A stretch of 64,000 bases of DNA from Macrostomum lignano (GCA_002269645.1 NIVC01003909.1:1-64000); one strand, 5' to 3'; counted from the stretch's first letter, positions 35,307-49,098 are shown. Program-made: numbers and translations. The notes: generated by a model from the letters alone, not told the origin.

Positions 35307-36061
35307 TATAGCATTTTGCAGCCCATTTGGGCTTACGCGCATTTAATTTAATCCAAGATACGTTTGCCAATGTAACGGAGCTTTTGTCTATGGTAGCAAA
35401 GCTGGCGCAGCGGCATTTAATTTGGTCCAACAAGCATCCATTTGGTCCAAACACTCGTGAGCCATTGGACAAACTCTTGCCTTCTCTCAACCGTCTGCAG
35501 GTTGTTGCGCACCGCTAGCTGGAATGTCAGCGTCTCTACCAAAAATTTTCAGTCGCTTTTCCAGAGCTCTGCTGATAGTCGCAATCTGATAATCGACTAG
35601 AGCTGTTCCCTCAACTTCTGCTGCATTTTCTGAAACGTCAACAAAGGGTTCGTCTCCACAGCATCGAGTAGCAGTTGGACCTGAGGCTCTCGAGCAACTT
35701 TCCTTGGCGATTGCCAACCTTTCGCAGGCAATCTCTGCCGGCAGAGTTTCAAGGCGCTGCTGGATGCTATAAACCACCTTTTCTTTTACATTCAGCAACC
35801 TTGCAATGTCCTTTGGGTGTTCACCTCCGTCGAGTGCTTTGATCACAAGCCGATGACATTCGTTCAACAGCCCAGCATATGGTCCACAATTCTGGGATTG
35901 AGCTGCAAATGAACTAAATGGACCAAATTAATGCTTGTTGGACCAAATTAAATGCCGCTGTGCCAGCCTTGCTACCATAGACAAAAGCTCCATTACTTTG
36001 ACAAACATATCTTGGATTAAATTCAATGCGCGTAAGCCCAAATGGGCTGCAAAAAGCTATA
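35307..36061 (-). mobile_element. Tc1/IS630-like non-autonomous element (free-standing copy)
   Basis: Same about 140-bp TIRs as 1931-2701, flanked by TA. ORF 35487..35867 gives an HTH-like RLVIKALDGGEHPKDIARLLNVKEKVVYSIQQR and TISRAL. No foldback arms. Confidence 0.75.
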
Positions 36062-38762
36062 TTCAATATTAACCAAACCGACTAATTGCGATCGGCAGAG
36101 GAGAGCGTATATTATAGCAGTATTAGTTATCAGCGCAGTAGTGATTAGTCTTTGGTTATGGTAACAGTAGGGGTGTTTCTATTTATAGACTCAGGATGTA
36201 GACTCAGGATATAGACTCAGGTGACATAACGGCCACCACAAACTCCCATAGACCAACCTTATCCCGTCTTAACTCACGTCCCAGATAAAGAATAAACTCC
36301 AAACCTCCTCATCTAATACTCACACGAATATATTTTACGATCCTTTCCGAATTGCCCCGTGGATCGCCATCAAGCAATTCACTGCCCTGCTTCACCGTCC
36401 GAGCTCTGCCTAACCAGGAGGTGCGTGAATTAAGTCGATGTTAAGGAGCTGAAGGGGGACAGTGGCCTGTACAATCTGCATGTATCTGTACAAGCCAGCA
36501 TCTACTAGCTGTACCATCAGCGGGATAGTAACACGTACATGGCCCTTCGCTCGCTCACTCCGGTTGACAACGAACCAAAGCACCTGTCAACTCTAGACCA
36601 GGCCCTACGCTGGCACATCCCTACTTCGTCTCTTCCATTCACCACTGAGGAAGACGAGACTATGAAGCCAGCCGGTAGAAGGAAACGTCGCCTGCAGCCC
36701 GCAGCCCGTGGGCACTCCAGTCAAACGAGCCTCAAAGACAGCAGCTCACGTCAAGAAGCTGGTAAGATCCAGGGGAACTACTGCTTCCTCAGACAAGGTA
36801 TACTCGGAGGTTGAAACTTTGGTTCGAGGAGGGTTCAGTTTCGGAACTCGACATCTTACTACAGCAAACAATGCTATCGTAGAAGAATGTCGTCGTCAGC
36901 TGGACCTGACGATTCGGATTTCAGAGGACCACGACAGAATACAACGTATAGCAACCACTTGGAAAATCTTGATGCTACTTCTCTATATGCCATTCGTATG
37001 GTACAAGCCTTGTCGCATAAAGCATATCGTTGGTTACGTCGTCGAGTGGCTGAAAATATACCAGTTGATGTTGAGGAGTTTAAAAATCCGAGTAAGCCGA
37101 GTCAGTTTTTGGATTGGTTGTCTAGCTATTGCGCTAATGGACGAGGGGCGCTTAATAAATGTTGATTCGTTCTACCTGAAGCTTTTGCATTACTCCACTG
37201 CCGATCTACCTATCTACTGCCGATAGAACTTTGGATGCCTGTGATGATACGTCCATCATATCGACAGGCCTTTGCCTTTTCCTGCCGCCTGGAACGTTAA
37301 TCGGATTAGTAGCCTACCGAGTTAGTAGACTCAAATCGGCTTTTTTATTAGGACGAAGACTATGCGGGTAGCAAAAAAACTCATTTTGGAGGAAGCATCC
37401 AATAAAAATGAACCCTCAGCCACAATTACTACTTTGAAGGTTCAAGAGTCACCCGGAATAGGCAGCGCCAAAATCTGGAACTAGGCCCAACCGGCTGTCT
37501 CGTGATGATAAGGAAACAAATATTTTGGTTGGTAAAGTTGGATTTTAAAAATATATATCTAGCTCGAGAGCCTTTCTGATTGAATGTGTATAAGCAATTG
37601 TTTCTTTTAGTCAGATCAAGTTAAATGGGAACACGACGTCGTCAGAAGAAGAAACAAGGGAGTTCAGTAACAAATTCTGATCGAGGTAAGAAATCTCGTC
37701 GAAGTCAAGCGGGGTTTGGCGTCGTTAATTGGGTGATAGATCATCTCCCCGGTAGCTTATTTGTCTGGGGCAAGGAGTTTTAAAATTAGCAATCTGGATT
37801 GGCAATTGTTAAGATTAGGAGCCAGCACTGAATGTCTATGGCTCTGTCTGACTCTGTCTGTGCTAGTCTGGCCTCGTGAGGTAAAAGTGAACAACTCGTT
37901 TCCACTCCAGGTTGCTAAGTCGTAGGAGTGCGTTTGGGGCTTGGTTCGAATAGTGCCAAAGCGTCTATATAGGAGAAAGCTATTCGTAGCAGGCTATAGT
38001 GACCTCGAGTTGCTAAATTAATATTGCGCTCGTAATTGCATTTCAGAGGCGATTTCGAAAGACCAAGTACAATTCAGCACGAAGGAGGTGGAGGAGCGCA
38101 TTGCGAACTTCATCTCGGATGCCCCAGTCGTACGATCTGGCCTGCGCACTCCCCAGCGAAAGAGCTCCGTGGTCCTGCCGCCACGCAGAGTGACTGAGAG
38201 TTGCAATTAACGCGTGACTTCTGTCTGTCTTTTATTTGATCGCGGACTATTAAATTTTTGCGAAAATATTAGTCATTTAATTAGCGTAGTTTAATAGGAG
38301 CGTGTATAAGGAATATATTAGTTCATTCTCATCTCGAGTATAATGCTTCATAGATTCGTTTTTTCGTCACAATAAATATCTTTTATAACATACAATCTTT
38401 TAACACTTTGTCTGAAACCTTATGTCCTTGTGAAAGCAGTGGTCGAATATTCGTCGAAATTTCGATGATCAAATTTCCAAAATTTCTGAGTGCACATTCG
38501 ACACCGAATCGACACAGAACATTCTGGGTCGATTCTGGGTCGAATTTTTCACCACGGGAGCTAGGGTGTATCGGATTCATCGTGGTGCATTTTTTTGCGG
38601 GATCTTTTGGCAAGAATGATTAGTCGGTAGTTAAACGAGCTATGCGAATTTGTTTAATAGCTGCTATGAGCGTTTGCGTTCTTTCGCAATGAACGTTCTA
38701 AAGTATTAAAATAGTGAAAATTTACATTACTTACTCGCTATTATAATTGTGTGTGGAGTTGC

Positions 38763-41700
38763 TGAAACAACTTGACTTACGATGGCACTAGCCGAAAAAC
38801 CCTTGCGTGAAAACTCCAACTGCAGCGACTTATATATTTTGACACGATATTATAAAAGGGACTAAAAAGCGCGAAGTAGCAATTGTGTGAGTGTGAATGA
38901 GTACGTGACAGTTTACGCACAAACGAAAGTACAGAGAGGAGGTAAAATAGCCAGAGCAGCGCAACCCCAAAACACAAACCAACCCAGCCCCAAAATCCCA
39001 AACACACGACACCCGCCACACGCCACCACACCTCTCCCAACCAAGAGCGGAACCCAACTCAGTTACAGTTCAGTCTTTGTCTCAGCCTCAGCCTTTAGTC
39101 ACTTGTACATCAGCCGGTCGGGAGGTGCCCGGGTGCGTCCAGACCGGCGGAGCTCGGATTCCGCCGCGGGCTTCAACGGCGGTTTGGACTCGGCCATCGG
39201 CGCCGAACCGGCCTTCGGCACGGGCAGTTCTTGTGGCGTTGCCGTAGCGACCTCCGGTGACTCCGATGTGTCCGACATTGGATCGGCTGGACGTTCTCGC
39301 AGGTGATCCGCGTGTCGCCGGATATCTCGGCTGTCCGGCAGGCTGCACTCGTACCACAGTGCGTTCTCCTTCCGGGTGACGACCGCGGGAGACCAATTGG
39401 CCGCTTGTCCGAAGTTCCCAGCGTACACCGCTTCTCTCTCTTCAAAGAATCGAGGCTTTGCCGTCAAATCGTGATGAAGCTTCTGGCTTTCCTGACGCTC
39501 CAGGACCCGCCGGGAGATGCTGGGACGCGGGTGATCCAGTAATGACCGCAGGGTTTGCCCCATCAGAAGCTCACAAGGCGCTGCTCCCGTCGTTGAGTGC
39601 GGAGTGATCCGGTAGCTCATCAGGAAGCGGGCGACCTGCGTTTCGAGCGTGCCACCAGTCTGCTTTTCCAGCGAGCGCTTCAAACTTTGCACGGCCCTCT
39701 CAGCCAACCCGTTGGACGCAGGGTGGTACGGCGGGGTACGCACATGTCGAATGCCGTTTTGGCGACAGAGTTCGCCGAATTCACCGCTCACAAAGCAGGG
39801 CCCATTGTCCGTCACCACGACTTCTGGCAGGCCATGCGTACAGAAGCTCTGCCGCAGCTTCTCTGCTGTTGTCGCCGCTGTCGCCGACGATGTCACGTGG
39901 ACGTCAAGCCACTTCGAGTAGGCGTCCACGACGACTAGCAGCATCTTGCCACGAACAGGCCCTGCATAGTCGACATGAATCCGCGTCCACAGTTGCGTAG
40001 GCAGAGGCCAGGGCTGCAGCAGTACCGGAGATGCTTCCCGTTGATTTTGCTGACATTTAGAACAAGACGCCACCATCAACTCGATTTCCTGATCAATGCC
40101 TGGCCACCAAACATAGCTTCGGGGCAGCGACTTCATACGAGAAGAACCCGGATGACTCTGGTGGAGACACTGAAGCAACTGAACGCGACCTGCGGGTGGA
40201 ATAATGATGCGGCTATCCTAGAACAGGCAGCCATCTGCACAGAGAGTTTCTTGGATCGGCGACTGTATTGCAACAGCTCCGGTGGCGCGGTCTCCAGCCA
40301 ACCAGTAAGGCAGAAGCGAACGACCTGCGACATCAGGGGATCCCGCCGTGTCCAAATGCAGATGTCCTTGGAACTGACGGGACCAGAATCCAGACTGTCC
40401 ATTAGCAGGACGATCTCCGCGGGCACTGGGGTCGGTCGGTCCGCAGTCGGCGCTGGAAGACGACTAAAAGCATCCGCTCTGAGAAGCGAAGAGCCGCTGC
40501 GATGCACCAGCTTGTACCGATATGCTGACAGCAGCAGTGTCCATCGCTGCACTCGGCCAGATGCCAACGGCGGGATTTGCTTGCCTTCACCAAGAAGCCT
40601 AAGAAGAGGTCGATGATCCGTTAACAGACTGAACTCGCGGCCTAGGAGGTACTGGTTGAACTTCTTGACGCCGTAAACCAGCGCGAGCGCCTCCTTCTCC
40701 AGCTGACAATAGTTCCGCTCGGCCGAACTCAGGGTACTTGACGCATAGGCAACCGGCTTGTCCAGACCGCCGACCCGATGAAAGATTACGGCTCCAATTC
40801 CGTGATCCGAAGCGTCGCACTCCAAGAACAGCTCCGCTGCTGCATCATAGTGAGCCAGGACGTTCGGTTGGACAAGAAGACGCTTGCAGGTCTCGAAAGC
40901 CTTCTTTTGCGACTGTCCCTAGTGCCATCGGATCTCCTTGTTGAGCAGCTGGTGTAGCGGACTCAAGACAGTCGACAAGTTAGGCAGAAACTTCCCATAG
41001 TAACTCACGAGACCCAGGAAACTCCGCAGCTGCGTCAGGTCCATAGGCTCAGGTGCGTCCACTATGGCTTGGAGCTTGTCCTTCAGTGGATGAAGGCCTT
41101 CCGAGTCGATGCGGTGTCCCAGGTACACCACTGAATCCTGCATGAACGCGCACTTCTCACGGCTGTAGGTCAAGCCAGCGTCCTTAAAAACGGAGAGCAC
41201 CGCCCTGAGGTTGCTGCAGTGGCTCTCATCGTCCTGGCCAGTGACGATGACATCGTCCATAAATGCCGCGCAGTGAGCAATGCCTTGTAGCAGGCCGTCC
41301 ATGACTCTCTGGAACATGCTCGGCGCTGTCGATACACCAAATGGAAGCCTCGAGTACCGAAGAAGCCCCAACGGCGTGTTCACCGTGCAGAGCTCCTGAG
41401 CTGCAGCATCGAGGGGCATCTGAGAGAAGGCCTGACTCAGGTCCAGCTTGGTAAACTTCTTACCTCCGGCGAGTCTCGAGAACAATTCGTCAATGTTCGG
41501 CAGCGGGTACGTATCCGAATTAATAGAAACGTTGACGGTCTGTTTAAAATGGGCGCATACCCCGAATGCTGCCATCCGATTTCATTACAGGAACGATCGG
41601 CGACGCCCATTCTGAGAACTCCCTGCTGCACCTCCTTGTTCGCTTTTGCTCGACTTTGGCCTTCAGCGAGAACGGAATCGGGCGAGCCTTGCAGAACCGA

Positions 41701-43264
41701 GGCTTGGCGTCCGGCTTCAGCTGTATCGACAGTGGGGTGCCTTTGAATGTACCAAGATCACCAAACACCTCAGCGAATTCTTCCAGTAGTCCTTGCACTT
41801 GGGTACAAATTGTGGACTTCAGCTGTTTGATGGACTGCCAGTCGAGTTGCAGCTGCCGCAACCAGTCGCGGCCGAGCAGACTTGGGCCGCTGCCCTCCAC
41901 GACGAGCAGGGGAAGGCGGATGGACTCTTCTGAAAGCGACTTGCTGACAGGCAAATCCAACTTACCGAGCACATTAACGGAGTGTCCGGAGTATGTGGTT
42001 AGCTGAGCAGAAGAGCAGTTGATGGGCTTAACTTGGGGCCGCTGTGGAGGACATCCTTGTAGGTGCGCACCGATATCAGCGACACGGAAGCTCCAGTGTC
42101 CACCTCCATCAGACACGGGCGACCGTCAATGAAAACAGTTGTGATGATCGGGGGCACAGTTTCTCTGCGTGTGGTGCCGGAACCAAATTGGTGCAGAGAG
42201 TACGGCTCGTCTTGATCCTTCTCGATGGTTGTCGCCTCAAAAACTTGGTTGGCCGCCTACTGAGGCCGATTTCTGCAAGCCCTGGCCGCGTGTCCATTTT
42301 TCTGGCACCGGAAACACTGCTTGTCGATGAACGGACACTTTTGGGACATGTGCCTTGTCGACAGGCACCTGCCGCATCGCCTCTGATCTGGTGCTTGCTG
42401 AACTTTGAGAACTGCATCCTCCGTCTTGCTGCTCTCGCTGATCCCAGTGGCTGATTCCAAGACTTTGCAGTTCTTTGTTGCCGACTCATGGGCCTGAGCA
42501 ATTTCAGTGGCGGATTTTAGATTCAACTCGGGCTCCGCCAACAATCGCCGCTGGATCTCCAGATTGTTGATGCCGCACACCAGTCGATCTCGCAACATCT
42601 CGTCCAGATTGCTGTAGTTGCAGTGCTCACTCAGCTTCCGCAGCTCCGCCAGATATGTTGATACGGACTCGTCAGGCTTACTGACGCGGTTGTTGAAGTC
42701 GAAGCGCTGAACGATCTCTGATGGCGTAGGACAGTGATACTCTTTGAGAAGCTTGCAGATATACTCGTATGAATAGCTCTTGTCTCCGACTTTGGCTGGC
42801 GAGCAAAGGTTGCGAGCAATTTGAAAAGACTGGCGGCCGCAAACGCTTAGCAGGACGGCTCTTTTCTTTGCATCTTCTCTGATGCCATGCGCTTCAAAGT
42901 ACTGCTCCAGTCGCTCCTGGTATTCCGTCCAGGACTCTTCTCTGTCATTAAAGTTCTCAAACGCGTGGGTAGACGTACACTGACATCTCGTCGCCCGTGA
43001 AACAACTTGACTTACGATGGCACTAGCCGAAAAACCCTTGCATGAAAACTCCAACTGCAGCGACTTATATATTTTGACACGATATTATAAAAGGGACTAA
43101 AAAACGCAAAGTAGCAATTGTGTGAGTGTGAATGAGTATGCGACGGTGTACGCACAAACGAAAGTACAGAGAGGAGGTAAAATAGCCACAGAATCGCAAC
43201 CCCAAAACACAAACCAACCCAGCCCCAACACTCCAAACACACGACACCGCCACACGCCACCACA
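38763..43264 (-). mobile_element. Decayed full-length Ty3/gypsy LTR retrotransposon
   Basis: LTRs at 38763-39030 and 42998-43264 (TG...CA, roughly 5% diverged by eye). PBS-like GGGCGACGAG and PPT GGTTGGGAGAGG. Gag (ESWTEYQERL, CFRCQKNGHAARAC), PR remnant, RT (KLDLSQAF, FMDD), RH (ECDASDHG) and IN (HVDYAGP, TDNG, AER) are split by several frameshifts and an in-frame stop near 40919. Confidence 0.93.
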
Positions 43265-44187
43265 ATTACTACTTGAGGAAATAAATTGACTTGGTGGAAC
43301 TTTTATTGATTTTTAACCGTAAAAATAGAAGTTGTGGAATTTTTGTATCTACTTACATGTACTTGTATGTAATGATCAATAAGTACAACCGAAAAATACT
43401 AAGTTTTCGTCATACATGTATAAATTATATACAGAATAGTTCAACTAATTTGAGCTAGTTAATGTTACTATGAAAAACACCGAAATCGATAATTTTAGTA
43501 TTATTAAGGTTATGCAACACAAAAAGTTTCATTTAATGGAAAAATAAAGATCATTTATTTACTTAGGCCAACTACAAGGCTGCTGGTCTCCGGAATCTTT
43601 TGTCTAAATTAAACAAAGTTTAAATTAAAGTCTAAATTAACCAAACATGGATGGGTCTTGTAAATTTAGGAGCATAGTCGATGAGTGATATAGTGATGGC
43701 TAAGCAGTTTACTGAATGATTTTTTTGCAAAGATTCAGGGAGCTGGCTCGTTGCTGTTGACTCAAATTTGAAGTCGAATTTGAAATTTTTAACTCGCTAT
43801 TTGAATTTGGTCCATTTTAGATCATCATATAAATGAGCTTTAGAATTAGAAGAAGCCCTTACTCTTTAAAAGCTTGCCGCTGCTAGTCAATGCCACAGTT
43901 CGCTCTGTGTAGGGTAGAAGTAATCTGATTATTTATTTATAATCGGGTAGTTTAACCCAATAAATAATTAATGGTACTCGTTGCGTAAGGGAGAAGTGGG
44001 CGGTGAGGTATGTGAGATGCAGCGCAGCAGCCATACTTGTGGAACAAGTATATTAAATATACAAGTATTACACAGTTTTTTATTTTTGGATGTGGCATAT
44101 ACTTTTATAAAAAGCGTAATTTTTATAAAAGAACTATAAAAGATATGAATTTACTGCCTGTTTAGTTCAGTTCCGAATTCTCATTCT

Positions 44188-46250
44188 TGTCAATGAAACA
44201 AATGTAGCTGGTGAGTAAGTATTTAGTATGTACAAAGTAGTTGGAGGTTGATAGTCCGTATAGGGCGGGGCGAAGACCAATATATGGGCAGAAAACAAAA
44301 TATAATGGAATGAGCACTGCAGTTAAAACATGGTCAGTGCTCTCTCACTCAGAATACACGGAGAACATGGCCTGCACCACCTACCTACGTTGCAGAGTTG
44401 CGTATTAAGGGTGGGCGACTGGTTTTTTATGTACAAGGCTTCTACGATCTTGAGCTTGTGATCAGATGGGCATTGGTCGATGATATTTTAAAGCGTTATT
44501 CAGGTGTACAGTTGGAGCAGCTGTTACATTTCAAAAGGTGGGTTTGGATGGCCGACGGTTTGAGCCAGTGCTCCCTGGTTCTAGTGTGCTAGTGTCTTTT
44601 GGTCTTCCCACGTAGGAGACGCTCTGGTCAACAGAGCAGTTGAAACAATATACAACACCTGCACGCAGAGCACGGGGTACACGTGACTTTAACCGACCGA
44701 CAAAACTGCCAACTTTGGAAGAGCGGAAAAAAACTCGAATTTGGCTGTTGAAAGAGTTGTGGAACAATTTGCAAATCCTGTTTTTGAAGGTGAGAGAAGG
44801 ATGGCCAAAGAAAGGGAGAATGAGTGTTGGTTCACTCAGGTCAATGTGATCATGTTTGGAAACTTTTTGATGATTCACTCTTTCAGAAATGAATTTTTGG
44901 ATGTTGTGGTGGATGAAGGCTGATGGTCGGTAACCGTTTTGTTGGAGCATTTTGGTCAGAAACCTGATTTCTTGGTCAAAGTTAATCTAGGAGTTGCAGA
45001 CGGTGTAGGCTCTGTGAAGCAAGCATCTGATCAGACCAGATTTCTACTGTCTGGGGCACACGGCATGAAAGTTGAGAATGAAATTGGTGAAGGTTTTTTG
45101 CAGAAAACTTTGGTGGAAAGGTTCCCACCGCTGAGATCGATGTCAAGGTCAAGGAACGGAAGTTTATGGTCAGTAGCAATCTCATTGGTTAACTTAATTA
45201 ACTGAACTTAACTGGATGTCCCCTTAAGTCAAGGGGACATCCAGTTGTTGGTTTTCCAATGAGTCAAGCAGACTTCAGCCAGAGTAGGGGCCAGCGGACT
45301 TCCCATGGCGCAGTCCTCAATTTTCCAGTAGTATTTACTGTTGAACATGAAGATTCCAGAGGTCGCAAAGCCAAGAAGTTTTTAAAAATAGTCCTTAGAC
45401 AAAGAAATGGAGGTAGGATTACATGTACGTTTAAACACTAATTCAGTGCCGAGGTTAATAGCAAGTTTTAGGGGTATGTTAGTAAAGAGTGAAACAACAT
45501 CGAAGCTGCAGAGAATTTCAGACTTCTTGTGTCAGAGCACGAATTTTGAAGATCTTTCAGAAAAGTGCTGTTGGATTTCGAGGTGAATTCAGTAGAAATG
45601 CAAGGTTTGATGAGCGAGTCTAGGTAGCTACTTAGCAAGCTCGTATTCGGCAGTGTTGACCATGAAAACGATTGGTCTGAGGGGTTTTTCTGGTTTGTGC
45701 ACCTTGTAGACCCCGTAGAGCTGACCAGGTTGGCTGCCGCAGGGTAAGATACGCTAATACGTGCAAAGGTCAATGTGTTGTTTGACATGGGTGCGTAGGT
45801 AGTTTTGCAGAGAACGCTCAGTTTTTAGGATTGGGTGGGCATTGTACACCTGAAGAACGCTTTAAAATCATCGACCAATGCCCATCTGATCACAAGCTCA
45901 AGATCGTAGAAGCCTTTGTACATAAAAACCAGTCGCCCACCCTTAATACGCAACTCCAACATAGTAGGTAGGTGGTGCAGGCCATGTTCTCCGTGTATTC
46001 TGAGTGAGAGAGCACTGACCATGTTTTAACTGCAGTGCTCATTCCATTATATTTTGTTTTCTGCCCATATTGGTCTTCGCCCCGCCCTATACGGACTATC
46101 AACCTCCAACTACTTTGTACATACAAAATACTTACTCACCAGCTACATTTGTTTCATTGACAAAATTTATAAATTCGCTTTACTCACACCTTTCGTTTCA
46201 AACAATATACCTGACGATGCAAATTGGGGTGCGAAACGCGTCGTATTCAT
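44188..46250 (-). mobile_element. Penelope-like element with inverted pseudo-LTRs, internally deleted and frameshifted
   Basis: RT motifs KVHKPEKPLRPIV...VNTAEYELAK, YLDSLIKP, SFDVVSLFTNIP (about 45470-45730) and LPFLD (about 45160). QNGY..FI and the GIY-YIG-type GVVY.F.C...SYVG (44531-44950). About 320-bp inverted repeats at 44188-44509 and 45843-46163. Confidence 0.88.
46207..46246 (+). ncRNA. Minimal type I hammerhead ribozyme
   Basis: ATAC-CTGACGA-T-GCA(AATTGGGG)TGC-GAAA-CGCGT-C-GTAT: catalytic core CUGANGA/GAAA, stem I ATAC/GTAT, stem II GCA/TGC, palindromic stem III ACGCGT and GUC cleavage triplet. It lies in the sense continuation of the inverted Penelope pLTR. Confidence 0.75.
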
Positions 46251-48818
46251 GTTGATTTTCGGCTTTCTCTTTAAACTCATTCTGCTTTAAACTGCAGGTA
46301 TCAAATTTTAGTGAAAAGTATGTCATTTGATTTATCAATAAATTTTTATTTATATATTAAAATTATATTAAGAATTAAATTAAGCACAAATATATTGTCA
46401 TTTATTGATTTTCCAAATGTTCAGTCTGTGTCTGTCACAAAAAAATCTCTTCTAATACTCATTTTTTCAGCTACTTTTCTGGATCTGGACTGCTGTTCTG
46501 CAGCAATTATGCAGACGATAAAAGCTTGATCATGGCAAAAGTACCAGTTAAAACATCAATTAAATTAAATAGCTAGCATTATCTTGTAATTATAGCTATG
46601 ACGACAACCTAATATAGCAAATCTGACAGCTGTGGATACATCTAATTTGTTCCCAGCACGACAAAGAAACACTATTATCAAGACTATACTTAGCATGACA
46701 CATTGCTTAAGTAGGCTATATTAATATTAATTAATATTATATTTTACTGGCGCACAAAAAGCTGTTTCTGCTACATTTTTTTACTATTCGAATTCATCAT
46801 TTATTGCTAATTTTTTTTGTCCAGTAGCAGTCAGCCATAAATATTTCCTTGCTTGCTGATTGATTCCTGCTCTGTAATGTGCAATGCACTCATGCACTGT
46901 TTATTAGGGTTTCAAGTTTGTTGTCTTAATTTTTTTCTTTTTACTTGTGCACTGCTGTCATGCATTTAATTCTGCTATTTACTTCTATTAATTTTTTACT
47001 CCGATTGCTTTTAGTAAATAAAAACTTCTTGGCCTGGTTTTTAAAAGTATAGCAATTATATTTCCTTTTGATTTCTTAAAATTTCAAATCAAATAATGCA
47101 TCTGGAAACTTTAGTAGTCTTTTTCATAGTATTTAGTACTCAGTGTTCTTTTTTTAAAGTAGGCCTCCTTTATGGCCTACAAATAGCTAGATTATTACAG
47201 TGATAGTGGTTGGCCTGTAGTTAAATTGTTATTTTCAACTTCTTCGAAGGCTGGTTTAGACAAGATTTGGGTTCGAAACGCACGTGTTTGGCTTCCGATT
47301 TAAATTTAAATTCACTTCAAGTTTGATTAACTTTATTTTTAACTTTAATTCACTTTCAATTTTAATCTTTGTTGAAAAGTTTGAACAAAAATTGAATCAT
47401 TATAATTTACCATCTAACGAGATGCAGTTTTATTAACGCGCAATCAGCTTGTCAAATTCGCCAGCCCCTAAGAAATTAGCGAATGTCACGTTATTGGCGT
47501 AGTGACTAGGACCCTTAAAAGGGCCGTTTAACGAGAATTGTCGTAAGTCGTTGTAGTCCCAAAATGAATCGAAGTCAATTCTTGCAAAATGGATTGTGTA
47601 GCGGAGCACTTGGCGTATAAGGGCAGGAAACTGCCGTAGTTAATTTATTGTTGAGATCAATATTAGAACTGGTTAATGTCAATACAAAACTTATTGCGCT
47701 TTGGGACACTGGCGGCTGCAACAATGGTTTTGAAGGTAATTTAGAATGATGAAGTCGAGTAGCAGACGAAGGATTTAATGGTGACGTAACGTGGTGGGTG
47801 ATGGCGATGAGCACAGTGGAAGCAGTGAGTAGCAAGTAGACGGGCAGATAAGTAGCGGCGAGAATGGCGTTAGCCGTGGCAGTACACAGTGGAGTAACGG
47901 TGTGTAAACAGGCGGGCCTAGACAGAGGAGCCATGGCGTGAGATAAGGAGGCTCGAGGCAGCCAGGCGAGAGAAGGAAAAAACGAGACGAAAACACAAGG
48001 GCCGCAAGGGAGCAAAGAGAAAGCAAAGGAGGCGCAAAGGAGGTGCAAAGAGCGAGAGAAAGTGAAGATCCCCCAGCCCGCCGCCAGGCGGGGGTTAATA
48101 AAGAGCGCAGAGGGCTAGCAATATACACGCGGAGAATTTTCATTGGCTGGCGGGAGAACTTGAAATTATCGATCGTGCTAAATTTTTGCAGACGAACGCA
48201 AGGTCTATCAAATACACAGTGACTTAGCAATTGATACAGATTAGTTGCACGCTACTATAAGTAAACGTTAAAATAATCTATTGGAGAAATTTAAGTGAGA
48301 AATTGCAAGGGAAACTACAGTCCAACGGCCCTTTTGCGGGACCACTTATACTAGCAACGTCACACGAAGCTGTTGGCTGCTGCTTCAAAGACCTCTTCCT
48401 ACTCGTGAAGACTTTCAAATCTTCAAACCTCATCAAAGGTCAACGTCATAGTTTTACCTGTCATGTTGTTGGCATGCAATGAAACATGTAAGTCAAGTGG
48501 CGCTTGCTGACTGAATCAAAACTCCAAAGGATTTTTCGGTGGACTCAATATATGTTCTCTCCTTTGGCTAATTTCAAGTTGTCGGTAAGTAACCACTGTA
48601 AAAGGAAATACAAAGAGTGAATTCGAGAGTGAACTTTTGCCATTAGAGCTTAACGTTCTAACAAAATATTTAACTGCGATTAACCATGCAACTAACGACG
48701 TATCTGATACATTCATTTATTCATAAAAATAATTCAATGACTTTTAACGAGGTTTTTCAAAACTTTACCAAGTTACATGTACGTAACTATAAATTTTACC
48801 TGTCTTAATAGGAGGTTT

Positions 48819-49098
48819 GCAGCCTTGGTTAGAGGCTATAGAGCCTCGGACTCACGACTTGAAGGTCGGGGGGGCGGGGGGGGTTCGATTCCCGATTCCA
48901 TTGGAACAATCATTATATCCTTGAGCAAGACACTACTCTGCATTACTTGTAAAATCTTGGTTCACCCAGATGTAAAATAGGTGCCAGCATTAGCTGGGGC
49001 AATCGAGGGTGCGTGGCGACCCCCCACTCCTTGGACTGAACAGCCGTACGCAGCTATCAGATGCACCGTGCAATAGCTGCGGCTGAGCTGTCGTTTGC
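48819..49098 (+). mobile_element. tRNA-derived SINE (second copy)
   Basis: Degenerate tRNA head (GGTTCGATTCCC B box), TCCTTGAGCAAGACACT...CACCCAGATGTAAAATAGGTGCCAGC core, and tail shared with 25566-25823. Confidence 0.8.

Noticed and set aside
38383-38623. Short ORFs as a BED-finger or transposase fragment
   Set aside because: Cys/His spacing does not fit and no TIRs or further domains were found.
47262-47290. CGAAACGCACGTG as a second hammerhead
   Set aside because: No upstream CUGANGA core or stem I pairing.
47575-48230. ALWDTG retropepsin-like motif and purine-rich LTR-like stretch
   Set aside because: Isolated short motif with nearby stops; no second LTR, PBS or other pol domains.
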